This document shows, piece by piece, positions 24,141 through 37,157 of a DNA stretch of 50,810 nt. Made by a program: the position numbers and the translations under genes. Below the pieces are notes generated by a model that searched no databases, had not been told where the DNA came from, and saw only the letters and a program-made list of their open reading frames with translations. The DNA is from Octopus bimaculoides (Eukaryota). The stretch is taken from contig NC_068981.1 of the NCBI RefSeq assembly GCF_001194135.2, positions 129,188,997 through 129,239,806 on the forward strand, given 5' to 3'. Position 1 is the first letter of the stretch. Every line of letters begins with the position of its first letter.

Positions 24141-24327
24141 GTTAAACAATCAATCAGTTGTTTGTTTGTCTGTCAAAGTTCTTTTGTTGCCATTCACAAC
24201 CTTTTCAGTGATTCATGACTCCCAACTCATCTGCTTCATCTGAGAGTCATCATGGGTCAATGAAAAGGTTGCAAATGGCAACGAAAGAACTTTGATGGGC
24301 AAACAAACAAGCAATTGATTGTTTAAC
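24141..24327. repeat. Long imperfect palindrome (about 85-bp arms, about 16-nt loop)
   Basis: gttaaacaatcaat...caaccttttcagtga versus tcaatgaaaaggttg...attgattgtttaac; about 13 substitutions and one 3-nt indel by eye. Confidence 0.9.
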
Positions 24328-24399
24328 CAATACATTAGCCCTTCCTAAGGAACATCTGCACTACATTAGAATGTAAGGCTTATTTATCCGCATTATTTT

Positions 24400-24567
24400 G
24401 AATTACTCGTGCATTATCTTGTAGCTTCAAGATTTCAGTGATGTGATTATTTATTTTTACAATGACATTGTAGGGTAGGTGAGAGATCCGGGGTCTAGCC
24501 AGTTTGAACATAAAATCAGTAGAATATTTTAGCTGAATATGGCTGGTTTAAATGCTAAAGAGTTAAA
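24400..24567. mobile_element. piggyBac-like MITE, partial
   Basis: Shared internal sequence; ends aatgctaaagag+TTAA. Confidence 0.55.
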
Positions 24568-27500
24568 CAAATAAGCGAACACTTAGCTGATTAAGTATCT
24601 AACCAATTGACTAACAATAAAGAATGGAGTTGAACCTGTGCTTGAGTTACTATTATTGGTGTAATGACTCTTCTAAGATACAACAAAGTAAATATACTTT
24701 TGCTTCAGAACTCTTAGTATAAGTGCTCTTTGAAATCTTGGATGTCATTGTAAATTATTGGAGTGTGTCGTTTCACAGTTGGACATTCCCTTAGTTTACC
24801 CACTTAGTCATGAATGGTTAATGGCATATATTTTAAACAAGATAGACAGGTTGAGAAAATAGACTACTGTGGTTTAGAACACAATAAGCACTAGCAAGTT
24901 CTGAACTCTTGACCTTATAGTTGATAGTGAAACATCTTAATAACTATGGCATTTCTTGGAGATATTTAGGAATGAGTTAAATGTTTTACTTAGAGTTGGA
25001 GTTCATTATCAAGTAAGAAATGAACATGTGATAGATATTTTGTTTCAGGAGAATCGCAGAAAGAAAATTGAATGAGAATCCTTGATTTTAGTTTCGTTAA
25101 CAAACAATTGTAGCTGCTTTTTTCAGCCTCTGCTTATAATTGAATTATGCTGTTAAGAGTAATATGGAGAAGTGTAATGGTGCTGCCAACTATTATTACC
25201 ACGTACACAAGTAATATTTTTCAAAACACACCTGTTAGATACAAAAACAGTTAAGCTTTTCTAAACACTGTTGGATATAAAGTAGAAAAATTGAGGCTAA
25301 CATTTTACTATGCATGTAATTTTATTTTTAGAAATATATTTTCATATGATTATTTGTTTAATTCAATTTTCAAATATCCTTTTTTTATATACTCATTACC
25401 AAATTAAAATGTCACATCATTGACAGAATAAAACATAATCCCCTTTGATGATGATTTCACGAGTTAGTGCAAATAGTTTTTTCACTTTTAAAAAAAATTT
25501 GTTTTATTTTTAATTATTTAAAAACACCTTAAATAGTTTATACTAATGCCAAGAGATGCTAAACTGAGAAGTTAAAAATCGTGTTTAACAACTTTCCATA
25601 AACTAGAGCCATTGCCAAATTGTTTGACTTGAATTTTTTTTTAAGTATGGCATTGGATGTTTTCATATTAGGTCATAGTTTTGGTAAATTTTGAGTAAAA
25701 TAATGATACATCAACGGAGAATGTCTGTGAAAGTCACATTAGCTAATCAAACAGGAGAGAGAGAGAGCGATTATTCTTGATGACTAATATGACTATCCTA
25801 TCACAATGTGGTACAAATATATAGACTGTACATTTAAAAAAAATTGTGAGATCTAAAAGTAATAAATTAAGTTGTGAAGCTGGTAGAAAGACTTGTAGAC
25901 AAGGCAAGATAGCATAGATTTGTGTTGCATAAAATCCATTCTAGCATAATCATATATTGAGGACACTAGGATGCCAGAAGCAAGTCTTTTATAGAGAGGC
26001 ATCTCAGAGAAAGCATGACTGAAAAACCTTAATAAACACTATAAAAATGAGATTTGGGCAGGGGTAGTGAGGGAACAATCAATATGTGCCTGGCTATCAT
26101 GTTATAGAAATTTGGAGGAAAAGTTGCAAAAAGGTGAAGGAATTTTAGTCCTGGCCTCTACAAGATCAGATCTCAATTGCTCAACCTACTAGGACCTCGG
26201 TTTGGCTTCTACAACCACTAGAATAATGTATGTCAAGGACAAGGAGTTATTCCTTTGTCTTTAACCTGTATTAGCTGTTGTGTGTGTGTCTGGTGGAGAG
26301 TGTTAAAGTGCTAAAATGTTTTCATTGAATAATACATTTTCATTTGATAACAAACAAATTAATAGAAAGAAGATAGTGAAAGCCTTGTGGAAATTCCCAC
26401 ATATCTTCTGATTAACACCAAAGTTCATCATTATTTGCTATCGAGCCAGTGAAAGTTGCATTGCCATGTGGTTACTGAGTTTGCTAGAAACAGCAGCCCT
26501 CTATACACCCTACACTCTTAATAAAAAAAGTGGAACACTTTGAAATAAAGTAATACATAGACTCTGTCTGAAAATAAGATGGTATTATACTGATTTGTGA
26601 TATTAAAGCTAACTTAAAGCCAAACATCAACAGCATCAACTATGCTTTATTCTTCTATTCGTGTATTATACCAAATTTTCTGTGTCAAATAAAACGAGAA
26701 AGAAAGAGAAGAGGAAATCAATAGAATTTTATAAATCAGTTGTTTTTTTCTGTAGAAATTATTGTTTTGTTTTGATTTTTGTTTATTTCCCTCCCACTCA
26801 CCTGACCTGAAGAGATAGATAATGTTTGGATGTCATCTATTGTTAACCATTTTTAGGTTATCTGAAGTCTATTGTAGATTATGGACAAAGTTATCATTGA
26901 TAGAGAGTACATACGACAAATGTGTACTTTCAACGGTTTTAGTAGATATGCTGCAAGTTATGTTGCATAAAGTAAGCTTGTTTGTTATGCCTTCATTGAA
27001 TGAGTACTTAAGACTGAAATAATCAACAGCAGCAGCAGCACCACCATCACCACCACCACCACTACCATCTTCACCATCACTGTTAACAACAGCTTGCAAT
27101 GTCAAATGATCTCTACAGTGTTCTCCATAACACATCTTTCCGGATTCCACACTTGTTAATGTCTGTGCTGAATATGTCATTTACTGCTCCCAATATCTCC
27201 CAATCTTAGAAGCTAAAAGTACTTTATTGACTGAAGATTATTGGTTTTACTATGCTGGTGTAGACTTCCCTGTCTATACCAGCATGGTAAACAGATGAGA
27301 GCTGACATCTTCACATATGTGAATTCCAGTGTTTTTAAGTTCAGTGTTTTTAAGCCTCATCTCAAGAAAACTTCTTTATCTTTCTCTTCTGCTGATGACT
27401 TTCTAATACAAACTCACAACATTTTCTTATGCAGCATATTTCATCTATTCATATAATATGTTGTGAGGATGGTTAGGATCTTGCACTCATGATCACAAAA

Positions 27501-30322
27501 TCATGGTTTCATTTCCTGGACCAGACGGAACAAACTACTTCATTTCACGTTGCTCTGCAATCAATTTGACATCTGACATGTGGCACACCGTCCATCTATA
27601 CATGCAAACAAATCATCTATGCAGGTTGTTCAGCAAGAAATTGCAGAATTGTCTTTTTCAGACTTGAAAGATCACCAAGAAAATATAACATGTTTTATCC
27701 CATAGAAGTTACCTTTCCTTCATAAACTGCTCACTTGATTTTTTATGCCACTTTTTCTCAGGGATGTATTTTGTTTTTTTAAATCTTTTCACTACACATC
27801 CTGAAGATGGTACTCAGTTTGTTCTTAAACAGATGCTGCAGATACTCTGCATTTATAACCAATATTTCAATGTTAAGGCATTAAGAGAGAATTTTAAAAT
27901 TTTGAGAATTAGAGAACTAAAGCGCTGAGTAATTGTCCAAAATGCATTACATAGGTTTGGAGATTAATTGTTAATTGCTACTAATATGAGATCTTTTGGA
28001 TATTTAATGATACGTTTTAGTAGCAGTTCATCTGAAAGCCTGTGGGAAATGAAAAATACATCCAAAACAATAACATGATTATTGTGTAGAATTTAAAGAG
28101 TATTTACTGACTTTCTGTAGTTGTTTTTATCATTGGAATAAATTGTTGCCAGAAGTCCTGGCTATTTGAATATGAACAGATATGGTAACAATCTTCTCTT
28201 ATGACACTTTTAATATTCTGTTACAAGTGGTTCCAACTTGGAGTAAAAATAGTGGAAATAAAAATGCACAGAACTTTCAGCAGGTGTGAATTTTTCGTTT
28301 GTCCTTCATGTTTTATGCAAAAAATTATTTTTAAACAAATCATCACCAGTCATACTCTGTCTTGTCTGAATTGCGAACAACATACTCTTAATAGACTTTC
28401 ATTAAATTCTCACTCAATAACATTAATGATAAAGTCATCTTGCAAAACACTTTTTACTCTTGATTTTTATTTGACCTTAAAGATGAATCACATCATTTAT
28501 TGCCCTTCGGTAGTTACTGCATTGGCATAGCTGTACAGGCAATGATTTTTAAGCAATTTAATTAACTATAGAAAGCTAAATGTTCTATATTACATACACT
28601 AATGTCTAGTGTAGCAAGGAGCAAGATGCTTCACCTTGAGTTGGTGCATATAATAGAAAATAACCCCTTGAATAAAATTATGAATGAATTAAATGCAGAT
28701 TTTAATGGTAAAGTAGATATTAGCCATTTATTAGTACAAATTTGAGACAGTAAAGAGAAACTAGTATCAATAAGGCCTGTTTTTCTTTTATCTCAAATTG
28801 TTGATTATGATTTTATTGATTTCTTTTTACTAGGCATAACAAGAAAAAGGTTATAGTCAGTTGATTTAACCTAAGTATAATAATGATCCAAGTATCACCT
28901 AGGGAATAAAAATCAAAATTGTCAGCAAAATTTCAATTCTCACTTTGTGTCAAGAAAAGCATCCAGCTACAATGCAATGCAACACACACACACACACATA
29001 CAAGCAGTACAAAAGTAGGTTAAATTATGTTGATTTATAGGTTAACTATTATACAAATTTGCTTTGTATTTTCTACAGTTGCCTATATTGTGTATGTAAA
29101 ATGAACCTTTTGTCTCTTACTTCCATTCACATCCTCTGTAAATCCAATTCTTTTGATATTCTAGCAGCATGGGAGAGAAAAAGAAAAACATTTTCCTGAG
29201 GACCCTTTCTTGCTTTTGATTCTTCTTGCAGATTTCAAATTGTTATAAAAACATCTTTATTTTCAAATATATATACAGAGATAGGTGCAGTGTTAGCAAA
29301 AATACTCCACGAGTTTTCACGTGTATAACACAACTCAATTTAATTTGTAAAATACCATGTTTTAATACATATGATTTGTATTTTTCTGTTTGTAAGTTTT
29401 TCTGTTGTATTTTGATGTGCTTTGCCTTTGCATCTTAAAATTCTATTTGTTGTTTACTTATCTTCCAATATTTATTGTATTTTAGTCAATTTTCCTTTTG
29501 TTATATATTTTTGTTTTGCTTTTAGTGTGTATGTGCGTGTGTCTAGATCTATTTAACACACATAGTTGTGTTTATCAGCTTATTTTACACTTATGTTTCT
29601 GGCTTTTTATTTTGTCATCTAAATTCATTTAATTTTCTTTTGTAATTTATTTCATAGATTTTGTTGCTTTATCTTTTGCCAAGCTAATTATTCTCATCAT
29701 AAATCTCCCTTTATAAACAATATAAATAAACCTCTTGTTATAAATAAAATTAATCCCTTTTTATTATATATAAAGCCCAAACACTTAATGCAAACTAGTT
29801 AGTTATGTATCTATGAACTATTCCTTGTTTATTCAATATATCAAGGGAAATAGTTATAAAACAATGATATATTTATTAATGTGATCTTGGTAGTAGACTC
29901 TGTGGGTCAGCAGTAACTCATTGAATTAAGTCTATAACTCCACTTCAGTTTCTAGTTGGAACCACTTCAAAAATATTACTAATTCACTTTAGTTGTGAAC
30001 ATCAAAATTTCTTTATTCTCCCCTTTTTGTATATCTTTAACTCTGTAGTGTGTTTTATTCATCAGAAGTCAATGTTAAGTATAAGCCAAATGGAATTACG
30101 AGGGGTTTGAATATTAGGGACACACTCTCAATGTTCCTAAGGAACATCTATTGTTATGTTTTTGTATTTGTTTTGCAAGATTCTTGATGTGAAATCATGT
30201 GATGAAGGAAGCAGATACTGTTACACTTGAGGAAGGTCATATTTTTCTAATAAAAAACACATGCTATATTTTTGGTCTTTACTTCAGTTTTTTTATTATT
30301 TTCATATTTTTATTTTAGTGTC

Positions 30323-30872
30323 CTTTGTCAAAGCTCTTCTATCACACATCCTGTGACCCCTTCAACAACTCTTTATCCCACATGTCTCTTCTTGAACATG
30401 GAAGCTTGGTTAATAATGTAGATATTAAGATATTATCAACACATAGAACAGACATGACACTTAGATTACAGAAGCAACACACATAGTAATAGACAGGCCA
30501 AGCCTCAACAGAAAACATGAATGGAATAATAATACCCCTCCATTCCACCACACTATACAACCTGACAAATAAAGACAGAATGAGAAAGAAGAAAGAGCAA
30601 ACAAAAACCAAAAAACCAAATAAACAAATAAATATAATAATCAAATGAGAGACATGGGTACAAGGAGTCTTGTAAGCAAACTCATATACATGCACACAAA
30701 ACACAATGAAACACATACTAAACACACACTCACACAGATACAGACACAAAAACATGTGCAGATAAGGATACTACAGAAGGACAAAATGGACTAAGCAGAA
30801 CAAGAGGAGATATGTGGGATAAAGAGTCACTGAAGAGATCACAGAATGTATGACAAAAGAGCTTTGACAAAG
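30323..30872. repeat. Inverted repeat, 72-bp arms around a 406-nt A/C-rich spacer
   Basis: 30323-30394 versus the reverse complement of 30801-30872: 11 mismatches, no indels. Confidence 0.9.
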
Positions 30873-32789
30873 AAACATAAAAAATAATAAAGCTAAAGTA
30901 AAGACCAGACATATAGTGCATGTGTTTAATTGACAAAATATGACCGTCTCCAAGTAGAACAATATTGTATTTTCTCATATTATCAACACTAGGGTCATTC
31001 CTTCCTTCTGAACCTTCTGCATAGTATAATACTATCTGCTTCCTGATCTCAGTAATGAAGTTCAGTTGCTCTAAGATGTAAATTAGAATTGCCTTAGAAT
31101 AAGAGCCATTGTGACTACAGTCAATACTAGGATTTAGTAGAAGGGTAAAGAAGTCAGTGATAATAAACTGAGGTCTTATGATAAGTTGAATAAGCTAAAA
31201 GCAAAACAGAATTTAGGTGGCTGTAGTATAACTAGTAATCTATAGTATTAATTTGTTTGCCAGTGTATATGGTACATTCTCGCATAAGACAAACTCTTAC
31301 TTTTTTGTGGAAAAAAACAAATTTCATTTGTTTCATTATCCACTTATACACTTGGTGTCCCATCCACAATACAGTTGTATCAGATGCATGGTAATTTTTT
31401 GTTACATGTGTCTTATACACAGTATCATGATGTTTGTCATCTTTAGCAATTGAAAGTTGTTAGTTTAGTAATACTTTAATATTTCTATCACAACTCATTT
31501 GTAAATATAAGAAATCCAAGTTGGTAGCTTTTAAACTTTTTTTTTAAATAACAGCACTTTCAAGTTTTATGTCTTAAAAATATATATCTTAATATAAGAC
31601 CTTAATTTAGTTTCAGGACTTTACTATTGGTTTATTTTTTATCAAACTTATATGTTAGTGTAGTAAATCTGGTTATGTGAGGATATTGTTTGACACTGTT
31701 AGCTGCATATAAACATGCTTAAGAACTGCAGCTGATATGGATATTAGTTGGTGGATCAAAAACCAGATATTGAGCTATACCAGTAATTCAGTTACATTAT
31801 TTGACTCAGTTTACTCAGTCATAAGATAGGTTTCACTTATTTTTATGGCTAATAACCTGACATTAAAAAACACAATCCAGCTGTTAGATACATTTTCAAA
31901 CTAGTCATGAAAAAATCTGGATTTCTAACACAGAGACTAATCTATTTTCAGATGAGAAAGGAGGTAAAAGTTTAGATTGGTATTACTGTCAGTATTAAGT
32001 TTTACATCCATTTGTCTATACCAATACCCAGAAAATGATAGATTATAAACATTTCTAAAAATATATAATTGTAGCCAAAAATCTGAGTAGGTGAGATAGA
32101 CTAGTTGCTGATGCGTCATAAGTTTATTGTTATCCAATGATAACAATTGTATTACTAAATCACTTAATTTCACATGCCTCGAACCACTTAGATGTGAGGA
32201 ATAGTTATCAGACTGTCTTAGTATATTACCTGGAATACATTAGTGTTCCATTTTCAAAAAGTGATTCACTATTTTATCTGCTTAACACTGTTAAATCTGG
32301 AGCTAAACACAAACCCTAGAAATCCTGTGTTAGACCACACTTTTACATTGAATCTCTAATTAATTTCACATTGCACAGAACATTTATCAACATCATAAAT
32401 ATAACAAAACTATAAAATGTAATTTAAACATGCCTTTTTTCTTTTCTGCTCCTGCAAAAGTCTGATCATTTAAGTCACATAATTTTTATTAGCATGGTTC
32501 TGGCATGAGACATCTTTTGTTTTTATTCATCAGTGGTTGTTTTATTGCATGTTGTTTTAAAATGGACTACTGACCACTTGTGTTACTTCTCAAGTAGGCA
32601 GAGTGAAGAGCTTTCAGCAAGTTTATTATGAAGCACTCTCATCAGTCATTCTGTTTCTCCCATCATAATATCATTTCTTTCACCCTGTTTCCTTGTTCAT
32701 GCTCTGCCAATGCATTCTCTTTCACTCACCCTCTTGGCCTCGTTGCCCTGAACAGGGACAACATAGCATAGTGAGAACTACTCAGTTTT

Positions 32790-33035
32790 GCTGGACATAG
32801 GCAACTCCACTAGTGCTGGTGCCAGAATAAAATTCTCTTAATCATACTCTTTAAAGTGGTTGGTGTTAGGGAGGGTATGCAGTTGTAGAAACCATACCAA
32901 ACCTTAGGTATATATGTAAGACATAGTCCTCCAAACTATAGAGGAGAGCAGTAGCTTTGAATAAGAACTGACTCAAGCTGTGACGATTAACCCAATTCAT
33001 GTCCACATAGAAAGCAGACATAAGATGATGTTGAT
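32790..33035 (+). mobile_element. RTE-type 3' tail fragment
   Basis: ctagtgctggtgccagaataaa...ggttggtgttagggaggg...gttgtagaaacc...agaaagcagacataagatgatg. Confidence 0.55.
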
Positions 33036-33589
33036 GCACTCTGAAATAGATTATATAATCTCTAGGATGTGAAAACCTGTATAATCTTCAGGAAGTGAGA
33101 TACTGTGTAATCTCCATAAAGTGTCTTGTGAGAGAATGTTATATTTGTTAAAATTTTAGGACACCTCTCATTTTGTCCACTATCAGGCTGTTACATTTCT
33201 CTCTTGTTTTGATTACCATTATAGCTTATACTTCTCTGTAATTCTACGCAGTTCCTATATTGTATACCCATTCAGTTTTCTCTCCTTTTATAATCTTCTT
33301 ACTACCAAGACAATTTGTCTAATACTTCCTCTCCAGAATTACATTCCTCTGAAATATTTTTCTGATCCAATAATTGAAGGTCAACATTGTGGCATCAGGA
33401 TTTTGAAGTGTCTCCCCAGAATGGTTCAACCTTGCAAATCTTTTAGATCAGAACTGTTCTAATTCTATAATAAATGTAGTTCCTCTCCAAGGAGCAGTAC
33501 TTTAACAAATGTTTTTTCTGTGATTTGTAACACGCAACCTAGCAAATCATACTTACATCTCTGCAACATTTGGCTCCTTTTTTCTTTTC

Positions 33590-33638
<49 letters not shown>

Positions 33639-34155
33639 AACAATACATATATACATGTGTGTGTCTTTGGAACAAATATTATTGTGTTTTAGAAGAGTTA
33701 TGTTTTTCAATAATTATACACTTGCACTGGTATCTTTTCATCTTTTTATTATATAATTATTTGATTATGCATATCAAAGTCTTTTATCAGTTTCCTTACA
33801 TAATAGAGATCAGTGGACTGGTTATAGAAATGTGATAAGAAAAAAATTTTGATACCCATAATCAAATAATTATAGAATAAAGAAATCTATAACAGTCAGT
33901 GTATGTATTTAACTATTGGCAAAGGTGTCTGTTCTAAAATACAATATATATCTGCAAACTTTCCAACTCACTGCCTTACTGATGTACTCTTACTATATGC
34001 CAAGATATATCTTTCACATCATCACAGTCAGAAGTTTTGTTGCTTTTTCTAATTACTCTGAACTTTTAATAGACTGAACTATCAGTTGGTGGTGGCTGTA
34101 ATCGTGTTAATCTTAACGTTGATGTCAGGGAAGCAGGTTAGAGTGATAATAGTAA

Positions 34156-34890
34156 TTCTTTTGTTATTATACCATTGACTTTGCTGACAATCTTGCTTTG
34201 ATATCCCATTGTATTAAAGATGCAAAATCTTTGTTTACAAGCACTGGAGAAAGCAGCAAACCAGGTTGGCCTTTACTGCAATGAGAGTAAGATAGAGTTT
34301 ATCATGACCTCCTCCAAGTTAACTGACAACTTCAAATATCTTGGATCACACATAGTAGACTCCCAAAAGGACTTTCACATCCACAAAGCTCTTACTTGGG
34401 ATGCATGTAACAGACTTGATAAGATCTGGCACTCAAATCTTCCACTCACGTTAAAAGTTAAAATATTTAGAACACTGATTGAGCCGGTCCTTCTCTATGG
34501 ATCAGAGACTTGGACCTTATCAGCTCTCTTAGAAAAACACCTAGATAGAACATATACCAGCCTGCTCAGAAAGATACAGAACATCAGTTAGAGATCACAC
34601 CCAACACTCAGTAGCATCTATGGAAATCTGATACCAATATCCCTCAAGCTAAAGCAGAAATGGCTACAATTTGCTTGCCACTGTAATCGAGCAGAGAAAG
34701 AGGTTATCTCATCCCTGCTCCTATGGCATCCCTCTGGAAGTGTTTTCTCCGGGAGAGTGACATTTCCAGATACTATATCTCAGGACTCAGGGCTGGATAT
34801 TAGAGATCTGAACACAGCAATGTAGGACCATATAGTGTGGAAAGGAGTTTCAACCATCCTATGGTTGGTCGAAGGATGATGATGATGATG
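34156..34890 (+). mobile_element. 5'-truncated RTE/RTE-X-like LINE with target-site duplication
   Basis: DFADNLALISH...FKYLGS...PVLLYGSETWTL; (GAT)n tail; TSD agagtgataat(a/g)gtaa at 34140-34155 and 34891-34906. Confidence 0.85.
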
Positions 34891-36079
34891 AGAGTGATAA
34901 TGGTAACTTATACTATTATTACTCAAACTTGGTCTCAAATATGAGTAATGGAAATTATAAGTTGCAACATACTTTGACTTTATGAAAAAAGTAATGGTGA
35001 TTTAAGCATAAGTGGTTCCAACTTGAAGTGAAAATAGTGGGAGTAATAATTCACAGAAATTCCATCTTTTAACCTGATTCCTAACTGTTTTTATGTTAAA
35101 ATTTGGCAAACATGTTATAGCAGATTACAATCTTTCCTGTCTGAACCAAGAACAATGTCCCTTATAGTTAGATAAACTGTACTGATATAACTTTTTAGCT
35201 TGTGCTAATTGATTAATTCAACTATACTGCATAAAATTACAGTCAATTCCTCTACAAGAGACTATTTTGTTATAATCAGCATATGAAATTTCCAAAAATT
35301 TATATCCTGCTACAAAATTTTAGATTTTTACAATACTGAGTTCAATTTTTATAAATGATCTTTGTTCTACACCAGTCAAATTGCTACAGTTACCTTTTCT
35401 GGAATTATTGTTTCAGGTAGTTCATTAGCATAAAAATATTGTTGGGAGCTACTGAGTTTAAAGTCCTCATTTCATCAAACCTTTAACCATCATATTCATA
35501 AAAAGAGATACATCTTTTAAAATGAAACTTAAACTTGAAATTTCTGATTTAAGCATATCAGCCTATCCAGATGTATACTGAGGTAATGGTTGCTCTAAAA
35601 TCAATAGTTAGTATTCTATGCAGTGAAGATGGTTCTTATATCTAGGAAGGCAACTATTCTAATGAGTATGATGTAGTAAATATGACTAGCTCACTTTATC
35701 CATTGTAGGTTCTCTTAAAAACATTCAACAACAAAACTTCTAATCAGATATGTATCTTAATCATTCAACAACAAAACCAACCCATAGTCAAATACGTATC
35801 TTAACCAAGAACCTAGAAAAACATAAATTATATGGCAAAGAAACATTTAGGCTTTTTACAACTAGGCTAAAACATATAAACAGTAGAAATTGAACTGAAA
35901 TCCAAGAGGAAAATCAATGGAAAGATAAATATTGTTACTTTATTCTATTTTGTGTGTGTTTGGGTGACTGAGATAATTCTACTCCCTCTTTCTTTCTACT
36001 TTGGACTAAATATAGGACCATTGCTTCTAGCTTTATTATTTTGTAATTAATAATTCTGCTTGTATATATTCACTTTCAG

Positions 36080-36115
36080 TCTTTACAACAGAAGCTGAGG
36101 CCTCGGCACCTCCAC
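36080..36115 (+). CDS. RILPL1: Candidate 36-nt cassette exon of the RILP-like gene (phase 1 to phase 1, peptide (I)FTTEAEASAPP(R))
   Basis: ttcactttcag|TCTTTACAACAGAAGCTGAGGCCTCGGCACCTCCAC|gtatgt. Canonical sites, multiple of 3, phases match flanking exons A and B, no stop, GC-rich island in AT-rich surroundings. Confidence 0.65.
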
Positions 36116-36781
36116 GTATGTATTTTATAGCAACCTTATCACAGTGCTTCGTTTTCTGTTTTTTCTTTTCTTTTTTTTTTTAGTTTTAAAATTAAGTAAA
36201 AATAGCTATTTTTGATAACTTGAACAGTTAGTGTCAGCTATGTTTTTTTTTTGTTTATTTTTTATTCAATAATAGAAGAATATCTAAGAAAATTTTAGTT
36301 CACTGGTTGCTTACTTTATAATTTTATTTAGACACAAGAAAGTTATTGATTAGTAAATATACACCCTAAACTTGGATAATTGTCAGATATTCTTAAATTG
36401 AACTTTTTAAGGTGCAGGTGGTGAGAACACCATTTGTCAATTCTTTACTTGATTTTTATCATAAAATATGTAATATAGTTCCTTGTCATTTGTTAGTTTG
36501 TCTTTTGCATGGCTAAATTTCTGTAATAGCCTTAGTGTTAATGACATAAGTTACACTATGGTAAAATATATAATCAACTGTTGAATAAAGTTAACCTTTT
36601 TAAGATCTAAAGGTTTGGTATTAAATTGAAATGATCTTTTAAATAAAAGTATTGATCTCAAATCTTAAATTCATAGTTAATATTATTCTATTGATAGCAA
36701 AATCCAATATGACAGATTATGTGGTAACTTTTACTAGAAGCATTTGACAAGTGTATATAGCAGAGATATTAACTGATATTA

Positions 36782-37157
36782 GTGGAGGTGCAATGGCCCA
36801 GTGGTTAGGGTAGCGGACTCGTGGTCATAGGATCGCGGTTTCAATTCCCAGACCGGGCGTTGTGAGTGTTTATTGAGTGAAAACACCTAAAGCTCCACGA
36901 GGTTCCTGCAGGGGATGGTGGCGAACCCTGCTGTACTCTTTCACCACAACTTTCTTTCACTCTTACTTGTGCCTGTAATTCAAAGGGCCAGCCTTGTCAT
37001 TGTTACTCTGTGTCGCGCTGAATATCCCTGAGAACTACGTTAAGAGTACATGTGTGTGTGGAGTGCTCAGCTACTTGCACGTTAATTTCACGAGCAGGCT
37101 GTTCCATTGATCGGATCAACTGGAACCCTCGTCGTTGTAAGCAACGGAGTGGCAACA
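36782..37157 (+). mobile_element. Full-length tRNA-derived SINE with 12-bp TSD
   Basis: A box tggcccagtgg, B box ggtttcaattccc; TSD taactgatatta at 36770-36781 and 37158-37169; many CpGs retained. Confidence 0.9.

Noticed and set aside
26869-27180. 103-aa minus-strand ORF as a nested gene
   Set aside because: Openness is explained by a CAG/CAC trinucleotide tract; no recognisable domain or splice context.
27795-27840. catcCTGAAGA...taaacagatg hammerhead-like motif on the + strand
   Set aside because: G12 is missing, there is no convincing stem II and no NUH site; at best a dead relic.
32534-32593. 60-nt open phase 1-1 segment between cag and gtaggc
   Set aside because: Weak donor, T-rich intron-like composition and an implausible hydrophobic peptide for this linker; likely chance.
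32600-32670. GAAAC...CTGATGAG on the minus strand
   Set aside because: No stem II closing onto a GAAA; not a hammerhead fold.
33150-33450. Very decayed LINE-like relics (also about 37170-37700, 40900-41230, 42430-42640 and 46040-46420)
   Set aside because: Only faint peptide resemblance by eye; not enough to assign family or boundaries.
36782-36860. tRNA gene
   Set aside because: The A/B boxes continue into a SINE body flanked by a TSD; no complete cloverleaf or terminator was recognised.
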